Origin: Rebecca billardiae RCC1528
Taxonomy: Eukaryota; Protista; Haptophyta
Assembly (NCBI GenBank): GCA_965240325.2
Contig: OZ251233.1
Span: forward strand, 1,922,001 to 1,986,000
DNA length: 64,000 bases
Reading direction: 5' to 3'
Of this stretch, positions 24,801 to 36,835 are shown one piece after another. Positions within the stretch are counted from its first letter, which is position 1, and every line of letters begins with the position of its first letter. The translations under genes were made by a program, and so were the position numbers. The notes beneath the pieces were generated by a model. The model was given only the letters and a program-made list of their open reading frames with translations, did not search any database and was not told where the DNA came from.

Positions 24801-27800
24801 CCCCGCGGGGTACTTCAAGTCGACCGTCTCGCGCGACGAGTGCGCGGCGTGCGCGGACACGGACCCGCACCTCACCACGTTCGCCACGGGCGCGATGAGC
24901 ATCGAGCAGTGCGTGTGCTCGCACCTCACGTTCGAGCTGCGCGGCTCGGGCGCCACGGCCTCGTGCGTGTGCCCGGCGGGCACGCGCTACGACGGCGTCA
25001 ACCGTGCGTGCGAGGAGTGCGGCGAGGGCACGTTCAAGCCCGAGCGCGGCAACCACGACTGCCGCTCGTGCTCGGAGCTGCGCGCGCCCAACCTCACCGC
25101 GATGGCGCTCGACGTGCACGCGAGCACGCACTGCACGTGCGACTACTTCGGCTTTGAGGTACGGCACGGCGAGTGCGTCTGCCCGCCAGGCTACCGGTAC
25201 AACTCTGCGGACACGCGCTGCGTCAAGTGCGCGCCCGGCACGTACAAGAACAAGTACGGCAACGGCGGGTGCGACAAGTGCAAGCCGGGGACGTACCGAT
25301 CGTACGCGGGCGCGACCGACTGCGCGGGCTGCGCCGCCGGCTTCTACTCGGACGAGGAGGGCGCGACCTCGTGCCGCACGCGCTGCCCCGCGGGCTCTTT
25401 CTCGTGGGAGCGCGCGACCGAGTGCGTCGAGTGCGGCCTGCTCGGCTCGGGCAACTGCTCGTCCGGCGTCTTCCGCGGCTCGCTGCCCGGGCAGTGGGCG
25501 TGGCCCATCTCGATGGACTGGCTCGACGAGCAGGACGGCAACCGGCTGGCGCAGATCGCCTTCTACGACTGCCCTCAGCCCGAGTACTGCGGGGGCGGGC
25601 TGGGCTCGTCCTGCTGCGGCGGGCGCGACGGGCCGCTCTGCGCCGTGTGCGCGCCGCGCACGTGGCGCACGCTGCTCGGCGACTGTGAGGCGTGCGAGAC
25701 GGTCGAGTACTTCTACCCGCCGCCGCTGCTCGTCGCGACCGCGGCCTTCCTCACCCTCGTGCTGCTCGGCTGGGTCCGGCTGTGCGGCTGGTTCTGCAAC
25801 CGGCGCGCGGACATCGCCGCGCTGCGCCGCGTGACGCGATCGTCCGCGTACGACTCCTCAGGGGCGCCGTGGCGCGCGTCGCGCGCGTCCACGTTCGCGC
25901 GCGGCTCGGGGGACAGCCCCGACGGGCTGACCGAGCGCTCGGGGGCGCTCTCCTCGCGCTTCGGCTTCACGCCGCGCACCGCGCGCACCAACGACTTCAA
26001 CGCCGCGCGCAAGTCGCGCATGTCCATGTCTCCGGGCTACGGCGGCTTCACCGAGCGCGGCGGGATGACGCGCCGCGGCTCGGCGCAGGGCGGCGCCGGC
26101 CCCGACTTTGCGCCGCCCACCTCGCGCGCGAGCACGGCCGCGCGGCTCGGCCTGTACGACGACACGTCGCTCGCCGCGCGCGTGATGCGCTTCATGCGCT
26201 TCACCGCGGACGAGCGCTTCAAGATCACGATCGCGTACCTGCAGATCATCTCGACGCTCGACTACGCGTACACGGTGCCGTGGCCCACGCCCTTCCGCTA
26301 CTTCGTCAACTTCTGGCGCTTCCTGATGCTCGACATGCGCTGGTGGGGCTTCGCGTGCATCTCGCTCGACACCGTGTACGTCCGCTTCGCGGTCAAGGCG
26401 GCGATCTGCCTCGTCGCCTTCTTCGTGACGCTGCGCGGTCTCAAGTGCTGCCGGTGCGAGGGCGCGTCCGTCACGTGGGACCGCTCGCTCTTTAAGGCGC
26501 GCCTCTTCGCAGGCTTCCTCGCGTTCCCCGTGATGGCGTACTCGGTGGTCGAGCTGTACCCGTGCGTCGAGCTCGGCGACGGCGTGAGCTTCCTCGACGC
26601 GGAGATGACGATGCGCTGCGAGTCTGAGGCGTGGAGCGCGTATGCGGCGCTGGGCGCGGGCTTTGGGCTGCTCTACATGGTCGGCGTGCCGCTCTTCTAT
26701 GGCGGCGTGCTGCTGCACGCGCAGCGCTGGCCCGCGCTGCCGTGGGAGTCGGACGAGGAGTTCGTGCGCAACCTGATCTCGCAGGGCGTCAAGTCGGGCG
26801 CGATCAACAACGACAACTTCATGGCGGCGGCCATCTACACGACGCAGCACCGCACGCGCCCGTTCCTCGACCACCTCGGTCGGCTGCTCATCCGCTGCGG
26901 CGGCGAGCGCGCGCAGGTGTACGTCGAGGAGGCGCAGAAGGGCGGCGGCGAGCCGTCGCGCTCGGCGCGGCTGCTGCACAAGAAGAACCTGCGCGCGTTC
27001 GGCCTCATCTTCGGCGCGTTCCGCCCGCACGTCTGGTGGTGGGAGTTTGTGGACATGGCGCGCAAGCTCGTGCTCGTCGCGCTCACGATGGCCGCCTTCC
27101 GCGGCACCATCCTGCAGCTCGTCGTCTCGCTCGTCACGGCGTTTTTGTACGCGCTGCTGCTCGCGAGCGTGCAGCCGTACAAGGACGTGGTCGACTACCG
27201 CGTCGCGCAGTGCGCCAACGTGTGCCTCTGCATCCTGTACACCCTCGCGATCCTCACGGTCGGCTACTCGGAGCGCGTGCAGCTGCGCCGCGACGTGTGC
27301 TTCGGCACGCCGCCGCCCGCGGACGACGCGCAGGCGGCGCTGTGGTTCGCGATCCTGCTGATCCTCATCGGCATCGTGCCGGTGCTCTGGTCGCTCGTGC
27401 CCGCCAAGGCCACGCGCAAGCTCAACCGGCGCACGCGCTCCGCGCTCGTCGCGTACCTCATGCGCCGGCAGCGCCTGCACGCGCCCGACGACGACGACGA
27501 CGACGACGAGGACGCGATGAACCGCCAGTGGGTGCGCGACGTGATCGCGCCCGGCGAGCGCGTCACGCCGCGCAAGAAGCCGGTCGAGCAGCTGGCCGCG
27601 CAGATCGGGCGCACCGCGCGCAGGTCGCGCAGGAGCTCCCGCCGCCGCGGCCAGAGGTCGGACCGCTCTGACCTGAGCTTCCCTGGCGAGGACTTCGGTG
27701 CCGCCGACTCCGCGCGTGCGCAGCAGCGTCGCCGTGGCTCCGGTGGCGACGCCGAATTCCCTGGCGAGGACTTCGGGCCAGCGTCTGGCCGCAGTGCAGG

Positions 27801-30800
27801 CGGTGCCCGCCGTGGCCCGGGCACCGACCGCTCTGACCTGAGCTTCCCTGGCGAGGACTTCGGTGCCGCCGACTCCGCGCGTGCGCAGCAGCGTCGCCGC
27901 GGCTCCGGTGGCGACGCCGACTTCCCCGGCGAGGACTTCGGGCCAGCGTCTGGCCGCAGTGCAGGCGGTGCCCGCCGTGGCCCGGGCACCGACCGCTCTG
28001 ACCTGAGCTTCCCTGGCGAGGACTTCGGTGCCGCCGACTCGGCGCGTGCGCAGCAGCGCCGCCGCGGCTCCGGTGGCGACGCCGACTTCCCCGGCGAGGA
28101 CTTCGGGCCAGCGTCTGGCCGCAGTGCAGGCGGTGCCCGCCGTGGCCCGGGCACCGACCGCTCTGACCTGAGCTTCCCTGGCGAGGACTTCGGTGCCGCC
28201 GACTCGGCGCGTGCGCAGCAGCGTCGCCGCGGTCCTGGTGGCGACGCCGAATTCCCCGGCGAGGACTTCGGGCCGGCGTCTGGCCGCAGCGGTGCCCGCC
28301 GTGGCCAGGCGACGGACCGCTCTGACATGAGCTTCCCTGGCGAGGACTTCGGTGCCGCCGACTCCGCGCGTGCGCAGCAGCGTCGCCGCGGTCCTGGTGG
28401 CGACGCCGAATTCCCTGGCGAGGACTTCGGGCCGGCGTCTGGCCGCAGCGGTGCTCGCCGTGGCCAGGCGACGGACCGCTCTGACATGAGCTTCCCTGGC
28501 GAGGACTTCGGTGCCGCCGACTCCGCGCGTGCGCAGCAGCGTCGCCGCGGTCCTGGTGGCGACGCCGAATTCCCTGGCGAGGACTTCGGGCCGGCGTCTG
28601 GCCGCAGCGGTGCCCGCCGTGGCCAGGCGACGGACCGCTCTGACATGAGCTTCCCTGGCGAGGACTTCGGTGCCGCCGACTCCGCGCGTGCGCAGCCGCG
28701 CCGCCGCGGCTCCGGTGGCGACGCCGAATTCCCCGGCGAGGACTTCGGGCCGGCGTCGGGCCGCAGCTCGTCTGCACCGCGCCGTGGCCAGGCGACGGAC
28801 CGCTCGGATTGGAGCTTCCCTGGCGAGGACTTCGGTGCCGCCGACTCCGCGCGTGCGCAGCAGCGTCGCCGCGGTCCTGGTGGCGACGCCGAATTCCCTG
28901 GCGAGGACTTCGGGCCGGCGTCTGGCCGCAGCGGTGCTCGCCGTGGCCAGGCGACGGACCGCTCTGACATGAGCTTCCCTGGCGAGGACTTCGGTGCCGC
29001 CGACTCCGCGCGTGCGCAGCAGCGTCGCCGCGGTCCTGGTGGCGACGCCGAATTCCCTGGCGAGGACTTCGGGCCGGCGTCTGGCCGCAGCGGTGCCCGC
29101 CGTGGCCAGGCGACGGACCGCTCTGACATGAGCTTCCCTGGCGAGGACTTCGGTGCCGCCGACTCCGCGCGTGCGCAGCCGCGCCGCCGCGGCTCCGGTG
29201 GCGACGCCGAATTCCCCGGCGAGGACTTCGGGCCGGCGTCGGGCCGCAGCTCGTCTGCACCGCGCCGTGGCCAGGCGACGGACCGCTCGGATTGGAGCTT
29301 CCCTGGCGAGGACTTCGGTGCCGCCGACTCCGCGCGTGCGCAGCAGCGTCGCCGCGGTCCTGGTGGCGACGCCGAATTCCCTGGCGAGGACTTCGGGCCG
29401 GCGTCGGGCCGCAGCGCTGCCCGCCGTGGCCAGGCGACGGACCGCTCTGACATGAGCTTCCCTGGCGAGGACTTCGGTGCCGCCGACTCCGCGCGTGCGC
29501 AGCAGCGTCGCCGCGGTTCTGGTGGCGACGCCGAATTCCCTGGCGAGGACTTCGGGCCGGCGTCGGGCCGCAGCGGTGCTCGCCGTGGCCAGGCGACGGA
29601 CCGCTCTGACATGAGCTTCCCTGGCGAGGACTTCGGTGCCGCCGACTCCGCGCGTGCGCAGCAGCGTCGCCGCGGTTCTGGTGGCGACGCCGAATTCCCT
29701 GGCGAGGACTTCGGGCCGGCGTCGGGCCGCAGCTCGTCTGCACCGCGCCGTGGCCAGGCGACGGACCGCTCGGATTGGAGCTTCCCTGGCGAGGACTTCG
29801 GTGCCGCCGACTCGGCGCGCGGCCCAGCGCAGCGGCGCGGCGGCAACACGGCACGCTCCGACGCCAGCGTGCCATTCCCAGGAGACGAAGACATTTTCCG
29901 TGAGACGCCCGCGCCCTCGCGTCCGGAGAGCAACCGCAACTCCCGCCGCGGCCCGGGCACCGACCGCTCGGACCTGAGCTTCCCGGCTGAGGACTTCGGT
30001 GCCGCCGACTCGGCGCGCGGCCCAGCGCAGCGGCGCGGCGGCAACACGGCACGCTCCGACGCCAGCGTGCCATTCCCAGGAGACGAAGACATTTTCCGTG
30101 AGACGCCCGCGCCCTCGCGTCCGGAGAGCAACCGCAACTCCCGCCGCGGCCCGGGCACCGACCGCTCGGACCTGAGCTTCCCGGCTGAGGACTTCGGTGC
30201 CGCCGACTCGGCGCGCGGCCCAGCGCAGCGGCGCGGCGGCAACACGGCACGCTCCGACGCCAGCGTGCCATTCCCAGGAGACGAAGACATTTTCCGTGAG
30301 ACGCCCGCGCCCTCGCGTCCGGAGAGCAACCGCAACTCCCGCCGCGGCCCGGGTACCGACCGCTCGGACCTGAGCTTCCCGGCCGAGGACTTCGGCGCTC
30401 CCGACTCTGCCCGCGCTACAGGTTGGCGACCTTGGCGTCGCCAGCCCAGCTCGGCTCGCCAGCCCAACACGGCGCGCTCGGAGGCGGAGAGTGTCGCGTT
30501 CCCCGCAGACGACGGGATCTTCAGAGACTCGCGCCCCGAGAGCCAGCGTACCGATGGCCGCGGTCGGCGGCCGCCGGGCACGGCTCGCTCCATGGGTGAG
30601 AGCAGCGTCGGCGACGCGTTCGGCGACCCGAGCGCATTCAACTCTCGCCCCGAAAGCCAGCGCGCCAGCACGCGGGGGGGGCGCGCGGCCAACACGGCAC
30701 GTTCTCAGGCGGAGAGCGTCGGCAGCGCGTTCCCCGATGAGGACATGTTTCACGACTCGCGGCCGGAGAGCACGCGCAATACGGGACGCGGCTCGCGCGC

Positions 30801-30888
30801 CCTGACGGGTCGCTCCGAGGCGACCGATGGCGGGGCGTTCGAGGAGGATGCCGAGCAAATGTTCGACGACTCGTCGCTGCGCATTTGA
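8050..30888 (+). CDS. Giant (7612 aa) multi-pass surface receptor-like protein: signal peptide, Cys-rich head, sushi-like, FN3, ~4500-aa SPPP stalk with embedded domains, GCC2_GCC3/ephrin-receptor-like Cys repeats, ~9-TM TRP/FLC-like module, tandem-repeat tail
   Basis: Single uninterrupted ORF. ATG 8050 is followed by hydrophobic LALLALALPLVRA. CxPCPxGx[YF]K repeats 23842-25700. TM module with KITIAYLQIIS...VPWP, WWWEFVDMARKL and VQPY motifs typical of protist Cys-rich multi-pass proteins. Confidence 0.85.
10288..23841 (+). repeat. ~13.5-kb coding (x-Pro-Pro-Pro)n repeat, x mostly Ser, interrupted by 5 globular inserts
   Basis: Directly visible CCG/AGC/TCG repeats. Inserts at 10837-10986, 11584-11965, 12649-12798, 18175-18324 and 22429-22763. 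Confidence 0.97.
27661..30410 (+). repeat. Coding tandem repeat array (13 x 159/165 bp, then 3 x 198 bp) in the cytoplasmic tail of the giant protein
   Basis: GACCGCTC unit starts at 27661, 27826, 27991, 28156, 28315, 28474, 28633, 28798, 28957, 29116, 29281, 29440, 29599, 29764, 29962, 30160 and 30358. Confidence 0.95.
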
Positions 30889-30957
30889 GCTGATGGGTCG
30901 GTCCGTCCCCGCCAGGTTACAGTCGATGATCATCTGGCATGTGTGCATTAACATTAT

Positions 30958-31080
30958 CATATATATATATATATATATTCATATATATATTCATATATAT
31001 ATTCATATATATATTCATATATATGAATATATATATGAATATATATTCATATATATGAATATATATGAATATATATATAT
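30958..31080. repeat. AT-rich compound microsatellite (TA)n with ATTCAT/ATGAAT variants
   Basis: Visible directly; lies just 3' of the giant ORF stop. Confidence 0.9.
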
Positions 31081-31627
31081 AGCACGCAGGCTCAGGCTGA
31101 CTAGCAGCAGTTATACAGTAGCACGCACTCAGCGGCTCCGTGATCCGCCCGTCCTTATATTGACCTTAAACTCCTTAAAGCGCCTGCGCCCGCGACCAGT
31201 GATCCACTAGACTGTCTGTGATCCAAGATTCCATTAGTCCAAGGCAGCGCGCAGATGGCCAAGCGAGGAGGGCAGGCACACGCCGGGCAGGGCGGAGCCA
31301 CGCGGCGTGACACCAGACTTAATACATTGTATGGGCGGATTTTCGTTCCTCGGACAACATAGTGCGAGCGGCAGCCAGTGCTCGGGCCGAGTGCGCGGCA
31401 TGAATTATTGAATAAGCCATAAGGGCCGCTCGACGTCGACACCGGACGCGCGGAGGGGCTTTTCGTTGAGCATCCAGCGCTACTACTCACCCGCCAATAA
31501 TGGCGAGATCCAGTATGATGCCGAAACTCGCCCAACCGAGAGCAGCGCGTCGCGGCACAACCCAACGGGCAGCAGTCCAGGGTCGTCGTCGTGCGTGCGT
31601 GCGCAGAGCAGGTTCAAAATGTTTCGA

Positions 31628-31680
31628 GTGGCACTGGCGGATGAGTAATAAGGGTGGCACTGGCGGATGAGTAATAAGGG
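31628..31680. repeat. 26-bp tandem duplication (GTGGCACTGGCGGATGAGTAATAAGG x2)
   Basis: Exact copies start at 31628 and 31654. Confidence 0.9.
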
Positions 31681-32659
31681 CGTGGCAATAAGAGCGGCGG
31701 CGGCCACTCTTGTCATCTTGTGCTCTGGCCGCCAAGCTTATCGTAGGCCAGCATGGCAGATTGGTGCCAGTAGTGCGGCGCAATGCGCGTTCCTCGTCCT
31801 CCGAGACAATCGATTACTGCATGTACCAATAACACCACATATGCGCGCATGCAGCAGCGGCTGCGCGGTAGTTCGTCCGTAGTATACCATTGCTGACGAT
31901 CGATGTTGTATTAAACCGCATACCGCCATACGTACCATCACTGCAGACGTCTACCATACTGCTACTGAGTCCGTGATGTATTGTCTGTGACTGCTGCTAC
32001 CGTTGTACTCTGTCTAGTGTCTGCTGTCCGCCATCACAGCCGATCGGGCATCGGCGAAGTCCATCGGGCTCGGCACCGCGTCAGGGCTTCGTCCGCTCGA
32101 TGACCGCCGTCTCAGTCTGTCACACTCTGTCTGAATCTGCTCACTGCTGGCCGTCACTGACGGCTTGTCATCGCGCGATCCGAGGGCGGTGATGCACATG
32201 ACTCGTCATCATCGGACGTCGCGATCATCCGTAACGAGGGCGGTCGTGATGTGACCCCGACCGATCGCTGTCAGCAGATGCCAGATTATATATATGATAC
32301 GTCGGCTGCCCCGGACCAACTACCAAGTCCAGCTAAGAGTCTACTATATACTATGCTGAATAAACTGAGGAGTCAGTCAGTAAGAGGGTAGGGCGGACGG
32401 GACGATCGGTGGCCAGACCCACTGGCCACTGAGTCACCCAGCACCCAGTAGTTAATTACGGTACGCGAGTAGCATTCGGGCCGAGTTATAGTACGCTAGA
32501 CGCGACTCTGACAAGCCCGGATCGATGAGCCGCGGCCCGCCGGCCGCGTGAATCGTGATGCTGGCGGCGCTGCCGTGATCGACAATATCCGCGCCTGATG
32601 CTGGCGGCAGCGGCACTACGGTCCGGACTCCGGCGGTACGGTAGCTAATACGTACTAGC

Positions 32660-32664
32660 TATAT

Positions 32665-32703
<39 letters not shown>

Positions 32704-32775
32704 CGAGTGCTGTCAATACGGTAGTCGTGGCCAATAGACTTATTATAAAACTATAATATATATATATATATATAT
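32660..32775. repeat. Two (TA)n microsatellites
   Basis: (TA)n at about 32660-32700 and 32753-32775. Confidence 0.9.
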
Positions 32776-33002
32776 CACGACCTGACGACGCGTGGCACCG
32801 CGACCACCGCGGTGGCGCGTGCGCGTCGACGCCAGACGGTGCGTCGAGCTTCCGCTCGGCGATGGAGTGATGGGCGACTATGAGGGGGGGGACGACGGCG
32901 AGGAGCGCTGATCCTGGTGTTTGTCTCTGCTGCTCGATCTGCTGCTACAGCTTGCTGACTCTGACGCCTGCCCGTTGCATACCACGTCGTTAATATATAT
33001 CA

Positions 33003-36000
33003 CGACCGGAACTATATCACAGCGCAGGATTCCGGGAAAAGATGTCGTAAGCCCCCCCCGCCGCGCGCGGAAATTCAGTATGGCTGCCGACGACGCGGCG
33101 AGGGCGCGGCGACGCGCGCGCGCGATCCCGGACGACTCGAATGAATTTCCAAACCGGCGCTGGGCAGGCCCCAGCCATCGCTCGTCGCGTTTTGGCCGTG
33201 TTGCAACTGGCCCGCGGAGCAGCCGACGAGCAACGTTGTCAGGTGAGCGCTCGTGCACGCGACTCAGATGTGCCCACTGCATGCACTGGCCAAGACTTGG
33301 GCGTGGATATGTGCGAGACGTACCAAGTGTCTCAGCCAGCCACCGTGTACCACGGACAGGCCTGGCTCAGGGCCCTGCCGAATTGATTTCAGCGTCGCGA
33401 TGAGCTGCGCGGTGATCGCTGCTCGGCTCTGGCAGCCAGTTGGTTCCACGTCCTCGTCAACGCCGGCTCATCTGCGTGGTGGAGAGCTTCTTAAGGGCAC
33501 GTTCGTGGTCAACGGATGCGCATGAGCCTGTAGGGCCCCTTCGTCCGTCTCGCCCCGCCGTTCAAGCGCTCTGGCCCTGTTCGCGCTCGTGCTTGCACTC
33601 GTCGGCAAAGGAGCCATTGCCAAGGTGATCGTGCACGTGTGCGCGCGCGCGATGCGGCGCACGAGGCTGACCCTCGCGATGATATTCTAGCTGCGGCCCT
33701 GCAATTAGGCCGAACTCTGAACTCACCGTCAATGCGTGCCGTCCATCGCGTGCTCCGCAGGTTCGCAATCACTCGCGGCAGCGGTGAATGCAGCACTCAA
33801 TCCGTGATTGCGGTAGCGTGGAGCATCTGCTCGTCTCGGCTGAGCTCCGCTCGGGACAGAGGGCGAACTCACGATGGACGAAGCTGGACACGTCCAGGTG
33901 AGCGTACGCAGGTAGCTACCGTTGCGTGCGACAGCCCCGACCAACCCGCTCCAGCCGCTGTCGGCCCGAGAAGAGCCCTGCCGCGGCGCAGACGATACGC
34001 GCTGCGGCGGGCGCTCTGCCTTGCTCAGCTTGCGACTCGCCTGGCTCCTGCCTCACATGGCGGTGGGCGCGCCCAATACGCGCAGCAGGCGGGTCGGCGC
34101 AGGTGGCCTGTCGCCTCTGGCATCGCCCAAGCTGGCAGCCCTGCCACCGCCCCATCAGCCCGCCTTCGGCGCTGGCCGTCGGCGGCGGGCCACACGCGCG
34201 GCAGTCGGCCACCGCTGGCCGCGCTCGCGCGAGCGCGCAGCAGGTGGCTCGTCAGCGTCGGCGGTCTGCCGCTGCAGCCCGCCTTCGAGCGGTCTGCCAC
34301 GCCACCGCAGCACTGCGCGCCGTCGACGCTGGCGGCCAGCTTCTGCCCAACAGAGCGCAGGTCGGCACGCCGCCGTTGATGGCACTGGGTCTGGAGTGGT
34401 CGTCGTCGACGCGGGCGACGGTGGGCGCGGTGGAGGCTACGGCGCGATTGGCGGCGCCGCTGCCGAGCGAGGCGGGCGGGCTCGCGCTGGCGGCAGACTG
34501 TGACCGTGACTGCCGGATGGCGCGGCGGGCTCGGCGGCCGAGTCGGCGGCGGCGCCGCACGGCGATGGCAGCGGCGCGGTCCGCGCCTGCGCGCGGCCGT
34601 CGTCATTCATATCCGCGCAGTCGCGCACCGTCAGCGGCCGCGGGCCGCGCCGTGCTCGGTGCCGCGCGCGTGATTCGTCGTGTCTCGTGAACGTCGTCAG
34701 TCTCAGCAGTCGGACGACGTGCCAGCACGCTGACACAGACTATACCTGACTCTGACGACCTGACGGCTGATTTATGCCGCTGCCCGGCCGCCGCCGGCTG
34801 GCCCGCGTGGCTCGGCCGGCATCGTGGCCCCGGCCGGCGGGCCGCGTCGCCAGCGCGCCGCCCGCGGCCGCGGCCGCCGGGCCGGCGCGGGGCCGGGAAC
34901 CGTGGGCAGTGCGTGTGGCTGCGCCAGCGGCAGCGGGTCGTCATCTGCGGTGCCAGTGCGCGACTTATTAGCGGATGCGCTCATCAGCAGTGACGACCTG
35001 GGCGAGTCTTGAGTCTGATGATCGACGACGAGTCTGGTCGGGTGCTGACGACTACTAATAATCCGCGGCGCGTCGACAGCTTCCCTCCGCGCCGAGCCGA
35101 GTGCCTGAGTGATTACCGCGGTGCCCGAGTCACTACTGAGCCGACGAGTCACACCTGGGTGCCGAAGTCGTAGGCGCGGCGAGCACGCAAGCATGAGATG
35201 CGTCTTGTCCACCGCCCGGCCTGCGTGCGCCATCGCCGTCTTTGCGCGGCCGACTCGAGCTGTCTGCTGCGCGGTCGCACGACCAGCATGGCCGCCTCGC
35301 TGCTAGAGCCAGACCGGTGCGGCACCACGGCAAGTGTGCTCGCACAACACTCGCAACGATCGAGTGCGGCGATGGGCGAGCTGCGCCTTGGGTATGGCTG
35401 CGACGTCGAAGAGAGTGCCGTGCCCCATCACAGCCCTCGTGCCGAGGTACACGCGCCCGTGAATATGCGCGCTCTCGGTCATCGGCATCTCCGCGCGCTC
35501 GAGACAGCGGATGCGCTGGCCGAGACCGGATGGACGTGTGCAGCCAGGGCTCCGTCAGCTGCAAGTTGTCAACTGCGCGCACGACACGCGGGTTGCGGGC
35601 GAGAATTGTCCATAAGTCGGTGATGCTCTTGCCATGGCAGATGCGCCGCATGCCGTCCAGCGCCTCGTCGCCGAGCCGAGGGGTCGCTGCGCGCGCCACG
35701 ACGGTCGAGCGACTGCCGCTGATCATCAGGTGTAGGCGCCCATGGCACGTGCGCGCGTCCACGCGGTGCAGCGAGTGCCCAAGGTGCGTCGAATGGCCCG
35801 ATCGAGGCGGGGTGCACTCCTCTGGAGGGTACGTCACTGCTCAGCCGCAGAGCCGCGGGCAGCTCGTTCGTCTCCACCCCGTCCCACCGTCAGGTACTCG
35901 CTCGACTTGATCGTCGACTCGTCGCTCTGCAGCAGCGCAGCTGTGTTGCGCACGCGTCTGGAACCAGCACGCATGGTCTTGGTGCCGGTTGGCGTCGATA

Positions 36001-36639
36001 TACCAGAGCCCACATCACGTGATATGCGCCGCACCAGTCGTTGCCCGCCAGGCCCTCATCCGGCTTCGCCATGGCCTGCGCGACGGTCGGTCGGATCGCG
36101 GCGAGCGGTTGGGCGGGGGTGGGGTCACTCGACGTTTGTGTCGTGCTTCGTGCAGTTTTTGCGCTGTAGGGCGCGCGGACCACGGCAATCGCATGGCAGC
36201 CCTGACCCCAGCAACAACCACTTATTCACCGAACCCCGCCAGATACCAGCTTCTCGCGCCGCGCGTGTCGCAAGCCGCACACCAGCCATTTCTCGAGCGG
36301 TCGGTGCACGCGTGGGCACATTGGCCGATCGACGAGCCGGTGGCGAGCCTCTACCGCGGGGTAGTAGTGGGGAACACAACCGCACACATGCACATCAACA
36401 GCGATCGATCGAACGCGCCGGCGCTGGTCGGCATCGCCGCCGTCTTCGCTCGCCCCAGGGTCGAGAAGCCCGTCGGGAGCGCACTTTCGCGCGACGCCGC
36501 CGTCCGAACGCGCCTCGCCGCGACCGTTCGGGCGACCGGAGGCCATTTCGGGCTAGACCATTTTCGGCGATTTTCCCGGATATTACCTTACGACACTGGA
36601 AAATCGGATCCCTGCGCTGTGATATAATAGTTCCGGTCG
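33003..36639 (-). mobile_element. Probable decayed TIR DNA transposon (~3.6 kb)
   Basis: Left end CGACCGGAACTATATCACAGCGCAGG...TGTCGTAAG (33003-33051) is the imperfect reverse complement of 36587-36639. A minus-strand reading frame starts at 36546 just inside the right TIR and is broken by stops and frameshifts. No recognisable intact transposase. Confidence 0.6.
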
Positions 36640-36835
36640 ACGTCGTTGACGTTATCATCGGGCGGCGCCAGTGTCGTGAGAGGGATCTGGCAGGCCCGGC
36701 TGGCGCTGCTGATGCTCATCGGACCGCGATCCGCTAATACAGCTGACTGACTCTGACTCAGTCTGACGCCTGAGGCCCGTTCACGTTGCATGCCACGGCG
36801 CGATGACGTATAGTTTTTTTAAATAAAAAATATTG

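Noticed and set aside
27661-30410. Regularly spaced repeats resembling a CRISPR array
   Set aside because: The units are fully repeated with no unique spacers, lengths are multiples of 3 inside an ORF, there are no cas genes, and the context is eukaryotic.
25858-30960. Antisense ORFs of 900-1700 aa opposite the giant gene's tail
   Set aside because: Expected from high GC and a repeated stop-free unit; no domain-like content.
31090-32640. Short ORFs in the intergenic region after the giant gene
   Set aside because: No recognisable motifs, frequent stops, and composition unlike the genes in this window.
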